A stretch of 64,000 nt of DNA from Bugula neritina (lineage: Eukaryota; Animalia; Bryozoa): positions 27,093,504 through 27,157,503 of the forward strand of contig OZ037765.1 in the NCBI GenBank assembly GCA_964035545.1. The letters are read 5' to 3'. This document shows positions 1-14,400 of the stretch, piece by piece. A model generated the notes under the pieces. That model was given only the letters and a program-made list of their open reading frames with translations. It was not told where the DNA came from and searched no databases. The translations under genes were made by a program, and so were the position numbers. Position 1 is the first letter of the stretch; every line of letters starts with the position of its first letter.

Positions 1-493
1 TCAATGCTTAATACTCGCTTTCATAATTTTTTTCTGTTGAATAGTTATATATATTTTTATACTGTAGAACAGGCTATCAGCTACTGCTTTATGTACGACC
101 AGCTAGAGCCGCGATAAAATGCTTCATTATTATATTTGTTACAGATTTCTGTTCATATTATTATAATTTCTCATTGCAGTCATGTTACCTTATATTTAAT
201 TTTTATTTTTTATAAGTGATAAACTAAAATTAAAAATTAAGGAATCTGTAACTTGTAGCAAGCATACTATAGCTATAACCTCAGAATCTGTTTTATATTC
301 ATAGAGCATACATCGGTTGTGTTTATTGCATATATTACTTTAAAATTTCTTTTATAATAATAAAAACAATCCGTCTGGTCAACACAAAATCTAAACAAAA
401 TTTATCAATGTGGCATAAACATGTTGTACTACTGAGCACATGTACAGAGAAGCGAGTGGAGACAGGCGCAAGGCCAACAAACTTGAAGCAAAC

Positions 494-3400
494 TCAAGCT
501 GCGAGTTCATCTTGGTTCCCTCTCTTGATAAGTGTAACAAATGCATCGTAATCGAATAACCCGCCAGATATGGGCGCCTCTTTCCACACTTGTCGGATTT
601 CATCTTCCTTGAAGTTGTCTCCCATGTTTTGTAACAAATCCTTTATGCTAAAATTAGCAAATAATGTAAAGCAACATTGTAGTGTGTCAAAACAAAGCTA
701 AAGCAAACTGAACAGCATAAAAAGAATTGTTTAATATTTAACTAACTATTCTTCTGGTAGTTTTCCTTTTCTGTCAGGATCAAACTGTTCAAACGCCTGT
801 CTCAGTGTATTCTCAGGATCAGTACCTGTATGTAAGACACAGATTGAGTACTAAACATGCCATTAGTTGACCTTGAAAACTCAATTAACAGTTCAGATTG
901 TTGTTTTTACGACATATTGGCTTGTGCGTATTCTGGTGCAAAAGCCACATTTTTGTAGAAAAAAAATTTGAAAACTGAAGATCCAAAACTGGGGTAATGT
1001 TTAAGGAAGGGTTTACATGAAACAGGCGACCTTCAAGGGTGGGTAACTGAATAGGGGCACTCATTCCATGCAATAGGTCTGATTCACCTGCATTTCTATA
1101 AGTATACGTGTTAATTTTTTTTAAAATAGTGAGAAATGCATACCTTTATTGAAAAATAAATGGTGATACCATTTTAAAGAGTGCTAATTTATCTACACAT
1201 CTCACCTTTTTAACTATCAATTGTTATCTGCAAAAATCATATAATGTTTTAATTTTCAATCATCATCTAAATTTTGGTATCTGCACTTTTTATAAAATAT
1301 ACGTAAGCACATTGTATAACACCCACATTATTAATAGAGAAAGACAGCATTAATTGTACGTATCAAAAACTTTGTAGTTAAGAAAAGGTTGCTTGAGTGT
1401 TTAGTTAAATATCAACTGTCAATTATATAACTAAGAAGTAAAAGCATGGTTATAAGAGAATCATCATTTAAACCTTGCTTAGTTCTCACCATGCATCTTT
1501 TCTCCAAATAAAGTTAGAAAGGAAGTAAAATTAAGCTGGCCGGGACATTCTGCAAGCATCTTTTTCAAGTCAGCTTCAGATGGTTGCCTTCCTAAGTTCA
1601 TGTGAATATCTCTCAAGTCATTTTCACCAATAAAGCCGTCACGATCAGCATCGATCATCGAAAATGCCTGCACCAAAACAAAGTAATGGTGAGAGAAAAT
1701 ATCATTCCCTGTAGATGCTTTCACAAAATATGTCTGCACTAAACTTTCTGATGAGATACCAAGAATATTCCATGAATTATTTAGCCGCTTTGGCCGTCAA
1801 AATTTCTATTCATAATACAAGTACTACTAATAAATTAATCATGTGCAATATGTCAAGTGTTGTGTTGAATAAAAAACAAAGCAACTAGCTACAATTTACT
1901 CCTGGGAAGAACTTTCACAGCCTGTCATACATATTTCATGCAGTTTTTAATTGTATCAAATAATGTTTTGCATTATTATAATAAATTATTTTGTGTTTGA
2001 TCCAACAATGTATACAAAACAGTGAAATTTGTCACACTACACAAGGGCAAACATGCAATCAGCTAGGGATGTCAGTGCATGCCAGTGCAAATGAATAGAG
2101 TGCCTCACTATCTCCATGTGTAGTATCTTGCCCAATGTTTTTTATTTCCGCAGTATTCTTTGACAATACAAGTCAAGTACAACTCTGTCATTTCACCAAA
2201 ACAAAGCAAACTCAGGCATGCAGTGCTATTTCAAAAAGTGTTTTTGACTAATTTTGCTGCATAAAAGAAGCTCTATAATATAATAATTTAGCATAAAGAA
2301 AACTACAGAAATGGTTATTAGTAGGGATTTGTACTAAAAATATTTGTTAAGTTCCATTTACATGCAATTCTAGATCAAGCAAATTGCACAGTGATTTCAA
2401 ACCTCCTTTAATTCCTGTATTTGAGTTTGATTAAAAAAAGCAAACACATTTGAAGTGGTTCGCTGCGCTCGTTTGGGCTCATCACTCTCAGCTGCAGCCA
2501 TTTTCTTCCTATTTGCTTTCTATTAAAATGTAACATGAACACAAACATGATTTGAAAAGCACAAGAGAGACTTTGCCAAAGAGTTGGCAAAACGGTCAGA
2601 GGTGAAAACTTTGCCATGCCAAACAAATAAAAGCCACGTTTGGATGACAAACCACCTCCTTAAACTCTTGTAGTTGGCTCTGGGGAAACATGCCCAGTAC
2701 ATTAGTTGTAGCTCTTTGAGCTTTTCCTTTTTGCTAAAATTAAGGGCAACATACAGTGCTTGTTGAAAGAAGTGTAGAGAAAGAGTGAGAATGAAGAGGA
2801 GACAAACGAGAGGGTTAGGATACAGCGATGATGTTTGGAACATGTTTCACACTGTTCTCGGGCTAACTAGTTGAAAGTTAAAAGACACACAACTTATTTC
2901 GGACGTGGAAGAAAGTTAGAAAAATATTCTCATTCGATGTCTCAAATATTTGTATTAGCTTATAAATAGATTTTGTTATTTTATATTTTTATTTCTATAG
3001 AAACTGATTTAATGTTATTACACTGGGCAATCACAACTCAAATAATCTCAACAGTTTGAGACAAGAATACCTCCTTTAGCTCCTCGATCTGAGCTCTATC
3101 AAACATAGAAAAAATATTGGTTGAAGACTTTTTTACCGGATCCATCGGCTTGCTTTCTTTTCTTTTACTAGATTTGTCAAATGGGTTGTTAGATGTAGAC
3201 ACACCATGACCTTTAACCTTACTCTGGAAGAAGTTCAAAAATCAGTCTGCTAGTTTGTAAATGGCATTTGCAGAAAATTCAAAATTGGAAATTTAAAATA
3301 ATTTTGTTTCTCAATATCTTTTATTAAATCAGTCGAAATAGCTATAAATTTTTTTCAAACAATTTAAGAACAAGTTTGATGAGTGTTTAATGCTATGACG

Positions 3401-4795
3401 CAAATAACAAACTTCTTGTTTTCAAAAATAGACAAGTAATTTATAGTTGCTGCTTATACTCCTTAGACTTCAAGACTATATCATTAGACACTGATATTTC
3501 CAATATAGATTAACAGCACATTTAGCTACATTATATTGACTATAAAGCATGGGAAGTATTCTAGCACACACCCAGTAATAATATTCTGATTGATCAAACT
3601 ATAAAAAGCATACTTGCTAACAAAGGTCATGACATTTTACTCTTGGGATCTTATTGCCTATAAACCATGAACTACTGCTCCCATAAATCTATGTACTTGG
3701 ATTCTTTTGAGAATTGCTGGGAACACATTAAAAAACTATAGGAAAGAAATGGAACACTATTATACATAAAAATAAAAATAGCAATATCTGTTGTATAAAA
3801 TAGATGTGATTATTCCCAATATGTTAGTAATATCAACTCACCATTATAGCTAAATTTCCAACTCTACCTCTCTTACATAAAATATGTTATGTTGGCATGT
3901 ATGAAAATTGAGTTGCAAGATTTTTTCAAAATAATTTGTTTAATCACCACTCCAATGTATCATAGTCATAGAATTTAAGCCATTGTAGGATAAGTATGGG
4001 GAAACTGTTGCAATGTGTGTGCTAAGCTGCTAAACAACCACCAATTGAATAGTGTGAAACATCTTCAGACACATCACTGTAGGAGGAAATTGTAGAACAG
4101 ATTGAATGACCCATAGAAAACATTTTAGAATAATATATACACTAGTATGCTTTAACAGCTGCAAGAGTTGAACTTTAATAGAAGAAACTAGGCTATAAAA
4201 GGCTAAGAGGACGGTGGGTGGGGGGTAATGCTACAGACTACAGCCTCATAACATTATACAAGAAAGAGGATAGGCTGAAATGGCTTAATGCGTTAGATGA
4301 GTTTGTATAGAATACCATCAAGGGTACTATATTACTATAGTGTAGGTAGGCTAAAGGGAAAAGATGAAATGCTATTAGATGTGAAGTGAAAATGCCAGAA
4401 GGAGAATTAACATAAGCAATGCAACATTATAGTACTATAATACAGGCCTGCAAACAGGCCTTTGCAGGCATGTAAATAACTTCAATCGCTATTTACATTC
4501 TATAGGCTTATTACTAACCTAACAGCAATTAGCTAAGTTATAATTGGAAAATCATACAGTATATAGCAGGTAAAATATAGTATGGTAGACTACATAAGTA
4601 TTATGAGGTGTAATGACATCAGCATGGGGCTGAAAAGATAAGTTGCATATTTTTAATTTTTAGTAATCTATGCAGCAAAACTTGGAAAATACTTTTTACA
4701 ACATTTATTGAAAGTAATTAATTAATGTAGCATAAATAATTATCTGGTGTCTAATATGTATTGGTCTGCATGTATTTACTTACTCCTTCTGCCAT
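494..4795 (-). CDS. Myosin regulatory light chain (EF-hand). Exons 4784-4795 (MAEG), alternative 3071-3223 or 2403-2519, then 1490-1667, 747-825, 494-647
   Basis: Spliced translation ...QIQELKE|AFSMIDADRDGFIGENDLRDIHMNLG...LNFTSFLTLFGEKMH|GTDPENTLRQAFEQFDPDRKGKLPEEY|IKDLLQNMGDNFKEDEIRQVWKEAPISGGLFDYDAFVTLIKRGNQDELAA*. All junctions are GT-AG with compatible phases. The MAEG microexon is less certain than the rest. Confidence 0.93.
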
Positions 4796-6384
4796 GTTTA
4801 ATCTACAAATAAGCAAACAGTATTATTAAACAATAATTAAGCAGGTTTTACAAAAAACTATTGGCACAATTGGAAATCATTTCTCTAACTAATATAAAAC
4901 ATGAATAAATCATAAGAATTTGCGGGGTAGGCCAAGGTAAACTTGTGTGAAAACACACGGTCTTGATGTGAAATAGGCTATTGATTTTGTAATCCATTAT
5001 TCTATAGCAAATATTTATCATTGCAAATTACGTGCATTAAAATTGTATCGGGCAGCAATAAATATTTACAAGTGCTTGATAAAGTTAAGCAAAATCTGGC
5101 TGAAAATTTTGAAGTAAAAATAATATGAAATTGTTGGATTACCTGCTAAATATAAAAATTTAAAGTAACGAAAACATGCTATACCAAAAATCAAGTCCAA
5201 CAGCAACACTTACTCACTTTTGAGTAAACAAAATACGATTTTATACTTCTATATACCTGATATTATTACATATTATAACAAAATTATAAATATAAGATAT
5301 GTGCACAATTGTTTAGGATTAACAAGTTAAGAAAGTCGAAAAGTTTTAGCTTAGTTTAGTTTATATAATAATGGACTATAACAGCCACCTACCAAGGTAG
5401 ATAATTCTCAAGACGGAAGAGTACAAACAGCAGCTGCGGATAGAGAGGTGAGTCAGTCAAGGTCTTTATTAATCCCAGAGGTACAACTGACTGATGAGTA
5501 CAGAGAGCAGGGTTACACTTGATGTAGCTGATGCTAGGTTGTAACTAACGGTGCTTCTAATTGGATTAAGGGATGTAATATGATAAGAGCAGCTATTTTA
5601 TTACGGCAGCAACTGACAGCTTGCCTTATATGGAACAGGAAGTACTGGCATAGAGCAATTATGAGGGTCTAATTAGGCACCAGAACTAATGGGCCACTAA
5701 AATCTTTCATCTGAAAGTTATTGAAGTGTAATTAACATACAATATATGATCATACTTTCGGAGGTTTATGTGTTGCCTTTTTCGCCATTCTTTTACCCTT
5801 TTTTTATAAAAATGATGAAATGAAATTTTGTAGATATAGTTAAAAAATTAACAAAGACATCAGAAATAAAATGAGGATTTTAGTTGCAGTAATAAATAAT
5901 TTTATTTTAAGTTTTGTAGTTTGTTAAAAACAAGTTTGTTGTTTAAAATAAAATAATTAAATATAACATATGTCAGCTGAAAGGTTAAAACAAAGCTATT
6001 TTGAGTAATATTTGCATACTTTGTATCATTTTAGCTCTGATTTCTTGACAGGCTTATCAACTTTAAGAAGTATCATGTGTGGATACTATTAAATATTCAG
6101 TCTTACAATATTCACCCTATATTAGTTAGTTAAAATAAGCTTGCTGTGTTCATCTATATAAGAAATGTTGGCACTATATTGCGTGCATCATTCATGAATA
6201 ATAAATAAATCCAATACCATATTCATTCTTATTGTTTAGAGTATTGTTAACAATATATATTTGTATGTTGGGAAGTGTATTCATAGTTTATTAATTATTC
6301 AGCAGCTTCATCTAATGGCATTGCATTCCAAATTAAAGGTTTATTCGTCTAGGCAGCTTTCTCCAGCACACACCATCCAGCAAA

Positions 6385-7945
6385 ATGTCGGTATTACAAT
6401 GTATCAAATGTCGAACAAGATGTGAAAACAGAGACATGCTAGCAATGCACATGTTAGAACACAGCTTTTCATCAACAGGAGAAACCAATGAACAGAGAGC
6501 TTTGGGAGCAACAAGCCTTCAAAACAGCAGATACACAATGCAAAGGCACATAATGAATGTCAACATGCAAAAGTTGCTGAGGGGCGAAAGAAATGATATC
6601 AAATGTGAAATGTGCCATAAGGTAAGAATCTTTGTGTTTGAGATATAAATTTTTAAAGAATAGTAAATTAATATTTATGACAATATTGTTTAAATGTATG
6701 CTCCGTTGCACCGGTGACAGCATGAAAATTGTTTACCGTCATATCTATTAATGTTTGTTCTGCCTAATAAAATTAAAGTTCTGTATTTAAACATCAGTTT
6801 TATAAACTGATAATTGCAAAAGTATATTTTGCAATTGATGTATTACACAAATGTATTGCTAATATTCTTTTATTCTTTACATTTATTAAAACAAATACAA
6901 TTAACATTAATTAAGCAATATATCAAAAACATATTGTTAATCTTTGCCCAAAAACAGTTTAAGCTAAATTATTCAATTCCTTAATAATTATTATTTGTTG
7001 ATATTGTTTAACTTGTTTTCATGTTTGATTTTGCAGGTTTTTGCAGATAAAGACAGCCTAGCCATGCACACTCTTTCTCATATCAATGATATGAATAGCT
7101 GCCCTAAGCATGACCGGCCAGAAAGCTACCCTTGCATGTACTGTGGCTTGATCTTCAGCTACAAAGATATGCTCCTCCTTCACATATTTTCTCACCACAA
7201 GCACTGTTCAGGCAGCAGAAATAAGTTGCCTCTTGATTTAAGTTTTAAGCCAACTTTTACACCGGCTAAAAGAACTTTTGATGGAATGAAAATTTCTTCT
7301 AATTATGTTTTGCCCACTGGTCAGTCAGCTTTTGGAAATGCTAAAAAAATGAGAAGCGCTGAACCAAATGAAGGTTCCCAAAATTTACCTCAACAGAATG
7401 TTACATTATCTCCTGCAGCTGCCTCAGAAAACAGCAGCAGCATTTGTAAAATAGAGCCCGAATCTCCCCCAGCATCTGTGAATGGGCAGGATACAGCAAG
7501 AGAGCAAGGTGTATCCGAAACTGCTTCACCGTCAACATCACGGGCCACTGACAACTCTTTCAGTAAAGAGCAAATTCATGAAATGAATAAAAGACTTTCG
7601 CCTTTAAATTTGCCATCAAGTCAGTCAACTGTAACCAATAATTGTAAAGAATTGTCAGAAGTGCCTGTAAAGCTGAGTAAACCTGACTTGGATATGCAGA
7701 GGTTAATAAACCATCTGAGGCAAAGCTCTACCAACCACCACTCAACCACACCTACTCCAAAAGCAATGACTAGCAATGAAGATATGTTTTACTTTTGCAA
7801 GCACTGCAACATAATATTCCTTGACAGAGCAATGTACCATCTGCACAGCGGGCTGCACAACTGCAACTCCCCATTACAATGCAATCTGTGTGGTAAAGAA
7901 TGTGCTAACCCATTGGAGTTTTCTGCTCATATAATCCACACATGA
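6385..7945 (+). CDS. C2H2 zinc-finger transcription factor, Ikaros/Hunchback-like C-terminal finger pair. Exons 6385-6621 and 7037-7945
   Basis: Three dispersed N-terminal C2H2 fingers (one split by the intron, CEMCHK|VFADKDSLAMHTLSH), a PLDLS CtBP motif, and terminal FCKHCNIIFLDRAMYHLHSGLH-NCNSPLQCNLCGKECANPLEFSAHI matching the Ikaros/Hunchback dimerisation fingers. Probable non-coding exon ending at donor 5448. Confidence 0.85.
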
Positions 7946-8461
7946 AGTTCTGATTTTTGTAAAGAAGCGTAGAAAGTAAAAATAATAATCATGGTTATTA
8001 CTATAACATTTATCCACAACTATTTCTTATTTTCAGCAATTTGTAGTAAACATGTTATATAATATTTATAATTTAATATTAATGTGTATATTTTGTAACG
8101 TTGTGTTGTGTAGTAATAACTTTTATTTTAAAATTAGTTTCCAAGTTATTTGGTATATGCATATATTGTATTTAATATCTACAAATTTATTCTATTTTTT
8201 CAAGGATTTAGTAAGCAATCATGTCACAGATGTATGTTGTCAAATTTCATCACAATTATCATATTTGCTGAACACTTTGCCATTCACCAACAATAAAATA
8301 CATCAAGAAGCTTAGCCATAAACTTGTGTTTTAGAATAAATTTTTGAACCTTTCAAAACTGACAGAAATATTAATAATAAATAGATATTGGGAAAAACTA
8401 AAAGCATCTTTTTCTTGAAAAAATACCATACAAAAGCTAAATACATTAAAAAATTAATAAA

Positions 8462-11400
8462 TCACGACGGCAGGATTATAGGTTGGTGGTGTAAAGATGC
8501 AATGAAGTTTTTGATCTGACAATCATATGAAGACAGAAGTAGACGTGAGCGAAGCTTAACATTTGACAGGAAGTCATAATGAACTGATGCGAGTTGATGG
8601 AGAAGGAGTTGTCTTCTTTGCACTTCTCTACTTTTTCTCTCTTCATATGTCAACATGGTATCAGCACTAGAGCTCTTGTTTTCTGAAGATTAATAAATAT
8701 ATTTCAATTGTAATCTTGAATACTGTAAATGAACACAACTAGGTAGCATAGTTATCACACATATGAACATCATAGAATATTGTATGATAAATTACACTTG
8801 AATCGAGTCTTAATAAATTATTTCCTATATTCATACAACATGTTTAGTGTAAAATTTGCAAAAAAAAAAAAACGAAATCCATGTTCTATAGATGCTTGTG
8901 TAATCTCTACTATTTTTCTTTTGCCAAGTAAAAACAGGCTGAAAATCTTTCACCATAATTGACTTATTAACAGAAACTTACTTACCAGCGATTGCCAGCT
9001 GCTGTTGCTGTATAAATTTACTGTAGAAAAACTGAGGCTGATTGTACGAATCCACCTCTTTTTTCAACTGAACAAAGTAATCATTAGTTGAACCCTTTGC
9101 TATCCCAGAATCCTGATTTTGGCCAGAATCACCTGCAAGTATGTACCAAGGGTGTCAAACAACCCCAAACACTGTCGACTGCAATAACTGCTGATGAAAC
9201 AAGTGAAACCTTGTTCTAAATGACATAAAACTTGACTTTTCTTAGCTAATATTCCTACATTAAATGCAACACCTGCATCAATATTTAGAAAGAACAGTTG
9301 TTTGATTAGAGTATGGCAACATATGTCCTCGAGAGAAGACAACTCTATTTAATTGATTTTTATTACAAGTATTTCAAAAATGACAGGTGTAAACAACTTC
9401 AAATAAACATAAAAGCCTGCCTTGAATTGTGAAATGAAGAGCAAGTTTTGAGAAGCTTGTAAGAGTTTTATTTACCAGACTTGATTGTCATCTCTTTTGT
9501 ACTCAACCCAGCCGAGTGTAACACGTCGTGTAGAAGTACACCTACATGAGGTATGTGGGCTTTACATTCCATCACCTTCAAACTCCTTTTAATGCTGTCT
9601 CTGTAGAGTTTGAAGTTCGAGTGGAAACTTGTCATCTTTAATAACTTACACCAACACCTAAAAGTGGTATAAACTTTTAATTCTCATTCAATAAACAGAG
9701 ATTGCATGTGAATGCATAACTTTACTAAAATCTTCAAAAAAATATCTGCATTAAAATGGTTAGCCTGGCATAAAATTTAAAAAAAACCTCTTCAACACGC
9801 CAAATATACAAACAAGTTTTTTAAAGTAATTTTTGCAATCTGTGAAGTATATTTATTTATGAGAATAGCTTTATGACGTTTCTCAAGCTCTGTTGTAATC
9901 TAGCAGATGATTCATCAATATAGGCTAGGTTCTCAACATACTTGAAGCTGTTAGGATATCGCTTCTTCAATCCCACCCACAAATAGGTTATTCTCTGCAC
10001 TGAGTGATGATTTAAGGCTTCTACTATTGACCACAAACTGTTGTAACTATGAAATTTCCGACACAAGTCTGCAACCTAAAGGATAAAAATACTCGTTAGA
10101 CTTCAACAAATAAATTAAATAAAAAATAATTTGCTGATTAAAGGATTTTTTTCAAACAAAAATGGGTACAAATTAAATTTCTGAAAACGTGATACATATA
10201 AACATAATATTTCTATTTAGAATTTAATGAGAAGAGTACTTGGAGGAGATGCTGCAGCATTTCTATCTGAATATCCTTGTCGTTACATTTGAAGATCTGA
10301 GACACAAAATAGTTGTGGAGTCTATGAGCCAGTTTGATGATCAGAAGCAATGGACGGCAGTTGGAGAGCTCCTGTAAAAGTAATAGAGACGGGAGGGTTC
10401 AAGGTGACCCTCAATACAACGTTTACATCAATGTCGTTTACAGTTTCAGGCTTGACTTCTGACATTAATGTTTCAAATCATATATTTCCTACACAATGAT
10501 GACTTTTGCCTAATTATATTTAAATAACCTGGTTGGTTTTTCTCATTTCTGGTAACGTTAAAATATAAGTAATATTAGAACAACTTAGCTATTAATGTGT
10601 CGTCTGCACCACGGACAGCTATCACTCGTGTGTCTACACACTAGCACAGCTACACTACAGCTAATTTGTATCATATAATATTAGTTAGACAATATATTTA
10701 CATATTGGTATCTTTCTTAAAACTGAAATTACTACGGGCAAAGTGCTACTATTTGAGAAAAGTCTGCTATTCAAGTAGCAAGTGGTAGGTAAATAATAGT
10801 TCAAACCAAACTTAATTTCAAATGCTTCTGTTTATCAAATAATAATACTGCAACTTATTTTTTTTCTATTTTTGTATGCTTTCATGTTATTTTATGATTA
10901 AATCTTACTAATCATAAATGTTCAATTGAATAATTAGACAAGACAACTCCAAAACCAGACACCATAAAACACAATCCTACTATATTCAATGATGAAGCAA
11001 GCGAAGTGTTGGAGAATTATTCAATTCTGGTTACGCTCATGAATCTAACAAATTACTACAAAATACTAGAAAACTCCATAAAACCCCACAGAGTCTCACT
11101 CACAGACACAGAGTTCCAAGGTGCTCTGGTTACACTAGTTAAGAGGTCATTGTAGTTGAGTTGAATCAAATAACCCCGGTCTATGAGTGTTAGTTCCTTG
11201 GCTATGTCCTCTGCAGTGTATTGTAACAATGTGTTGTCATCAAATGAAACTTTCTCTCTGAAATTAGTATACGCTTTCAGTTAAAACAGAAACTAAACTT
11301 ACTTTTACAGTATATGGAAAAATATTTTTAACAGTATTGTTTAGTAAAACACCTGTATGATGATTAGACAGATGTTGTTGTGTTTTGAAATTATTGTCTT

Positions 11401-14400
11401 CTCTTTACTAACATGCTTGAACTCATGATATTAAGTTTAATAATGAAGTTTACTGAATGGAGGCTAACTTGCTCCTTGAATTCTATCACTAAGCATCTCA
11501 TTCATTACACTTGATACAAATACTGAAGATAAAAAGAAGCAAATTGAAACACCGGCTTTAAAACTGCCATGACATGGCATAGCTAACAACACTATGGATA
11601 TAGTGCAGCATTGACCTAGGAAAAGGTATAGAAGAGGGTCTGGTTCTTCTCAAATGAGGCTGGAGGTCAACAGAAGTCTCCCGGGAATCTGGTGGGTCTG
11701 CGGTTTCCTTGGTCTCCGCTGGTGGCTCCACAAACAGGTCTGCAGGGCCGAGTTCTTTCAATGCAACAACATTTGTGTTTCCAGCAGATTTCTTCTTTAT
11801 AAAAGCCCGAAGACGAGTTACACTGTTGTCTTGCTTTGCCTTCTCAAGAGCATTATTGTTAGAATTCAGGCTACCTGAAAGCAATATAAAGGGTATGATT
11901 TATATGAGAAAGGGCTTTTTATGACCAGCTGACATATTACAAAGGCAACAACCTTGAAAAATAGTTCATATTTATTGTAGTTATTTCAAAGTACTAGCCA
12001 CCATATCAAAGAGGAGTGAGTTTGACAAATACTGCAAAAAAGAACATAATTTACCATTACATTACTTACCATTCATGTGTTCTTCATTGCACTGACTTGG
12101 GGCATGCAGTGTGGGTATATAAGCAAACTGTGATGTATCGCTCTGCATTTTCCAGCTAAGTGTAGACTTTGAGTACAGGTCATACAACGTCTTGAGAATG
12201 CCAATTGTTTTAACAGTAAGCACGCTGTCCATTGGCTGGTATTCCAGCGAATCACGAGAGCCTATTTCCTCAGCAGCTGGGGCTCCTGTAATAATATATA
12301 CTTTACATTATAGAGTTGGTAGAAAAATAACATTAAGAGAAATTGGACAGTCACAGGTGTGCAAAACAATCATAGAGCAGGATATAAAGGTACGTACGAT
12401 GTGTGGCTGCTCTAAGAGATTTGAAGATGTCACGAAACTTCTTCCTTTTACTGTTGTTAGCAGTTGATTTTACTTTTGTGAAGTTTGTAACTTCAATTAT
12501 TATTTGGCTGATGTCATCTGGTGTGATGGGCTGATTCAACAGGATCCTGGGTTAAAAAATTTCCTCATATTTGAAGTTTAGTAACAAGTAGAAAGAAGAT
12601 AAACCCAAATGTGTTGGAAAAATAAATCTAGAAAAGCAACTCAGATTAAACATTATAAGACTTTATGCAGAGAACTAAGGATTGTCAATAAGTATGCTAT
12701 GCGATTCACATATACTTTTGTAAATTGATAAAAAAACTCACGCAATTTTTTGTAAATTGATTCATCTCATTATTGAATCAATATAAAAAGCCATGTGTTT
12801 TTAATAAATAACGAAATCACAAATTAGTAAGAATTTATGATTTGGTTATTGTTAATATGACAAGTTATTGGAGACTCACGGCTCATCATGCAGCTGTGGC
12901 GCTTTATCGGTACAAGTTTGCCAGCATTCATACGTATCAAATGTAAGGTTGTCATCAAGAGATTTTAAAATTTCTAGCTGCAACAGATAAACCAGACTAT
13001 ATAGTGGTAATGATAAAGACAATTTAGGATTTTTTAAAGAAAAGGTAAGAACATCAAATTGATGATCTAACCTACCTGATCATAAAGGCTTTTCTGTTTG
13101 CTGGTCAACCATAAAGGCCGATTACTATCATCCAGTAGCTCATAGTCAAATGTAGATATACTATGGTTAGGACGAGGCGCTAAATGCTTTGTCAGCCATG
13201 TTGGAAGGCCTGCGCCGTAGCTTAAATGAGGAAAAGCCATGTCTGAGGCATTATCACTGTCCCCTCTAAGTAGAGCGCTAGTAGAAGTATCATCGTCTAC
13301 AGATGGTGGGTATTCCCTGAAATAACGCAGAAATCTATTGATGAAGTTGTGAATTTTTAAACGAAATAAATCAAATAGTAGACTGCTAGCTGCTGACCTA
13401 CCAGAAACTACTGTGTTGAGAGCTTGCGGCCTGAGGCAGTTGCCCCTGTGCTGTACTTTCTGTATTACATGTCAAATTAGAGTTGCACTGAGTGTGCATG
13501 ATACTTATAGGCATAGGAGCAGCATGCTGATTGACTGCCAGTGTTGAGTGATTATTACTCTTGTCATTGTTCATGGGCTCAAAACTCCCAACATTTGCAT
13601 CATTCTCACTTGCGCGATTTGAAATAATATCACTGTGAATAGAATTAACAGACTCATCAGTATAACTTGGTTCGATTAAAGAAGAGCCCATCATATTAGG
13701 AATAGCATTGTTAGTCATGGACCAATACACTTTATCTATTGTAGGGTGAGGCTGAGGATTATAGAGGACATAAGAAAAAGCAGGTGGTATAGGAGCATCC
13801 GGGTGGAATGTTGCTTCTTGAACAACAGGCTCCCACGACTCTAAATGCATGTGAGGCATGGGCAGAGCTTTAGATAAATCTATCTCTTGACTGTACGAAG
13901 CTTCACTCAAAACAGGGTTTTTTCTCTTTGTGTCAGCAGAAATTTTCACAGCAGAATCATCTTCTTTCTTGACTGCTGGCTGCGGTATTTGCATTATGCT
14001 GGAGAGTTTTTCTTCATCAATTGTGTAGCTGGGGTGATCAGTAAGTTGTAGTGAAACGTGCTCTAAGCTAGTGAGATCTCGCTGAAGGCTGGGTGACTTG
14101 GTGTATGCATGAGTAACTAAGGGAGATGCTGGACCACCAGGGTCTACAGGATTAGATGTCTTGACTGTAGAGACTGGCTGAATAAAGTCTGGACCAAACT
14201 TGTTCTTTAGAATTTCATAAGTTGATTTCCGTTTAGATTGTTTAGAATGTCTTTTTTTAGAATCTTTTCTAACTACATTCTCCGGTACCACCTTTCGAAC
14301 AGCATTGTTGTCCTGCGGGGCTAGCAAAACAAAAAAACAATTATTTTTTAACAAAGTTTGAAAACAGTGTACTATGAAAATAAACAAAATAAAATTGTAC

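Noticed and set aside
880-1330. Possible transposon remnant in an RLC intron
   Set aside because: No terminal repeat pair or TSD could be identified.
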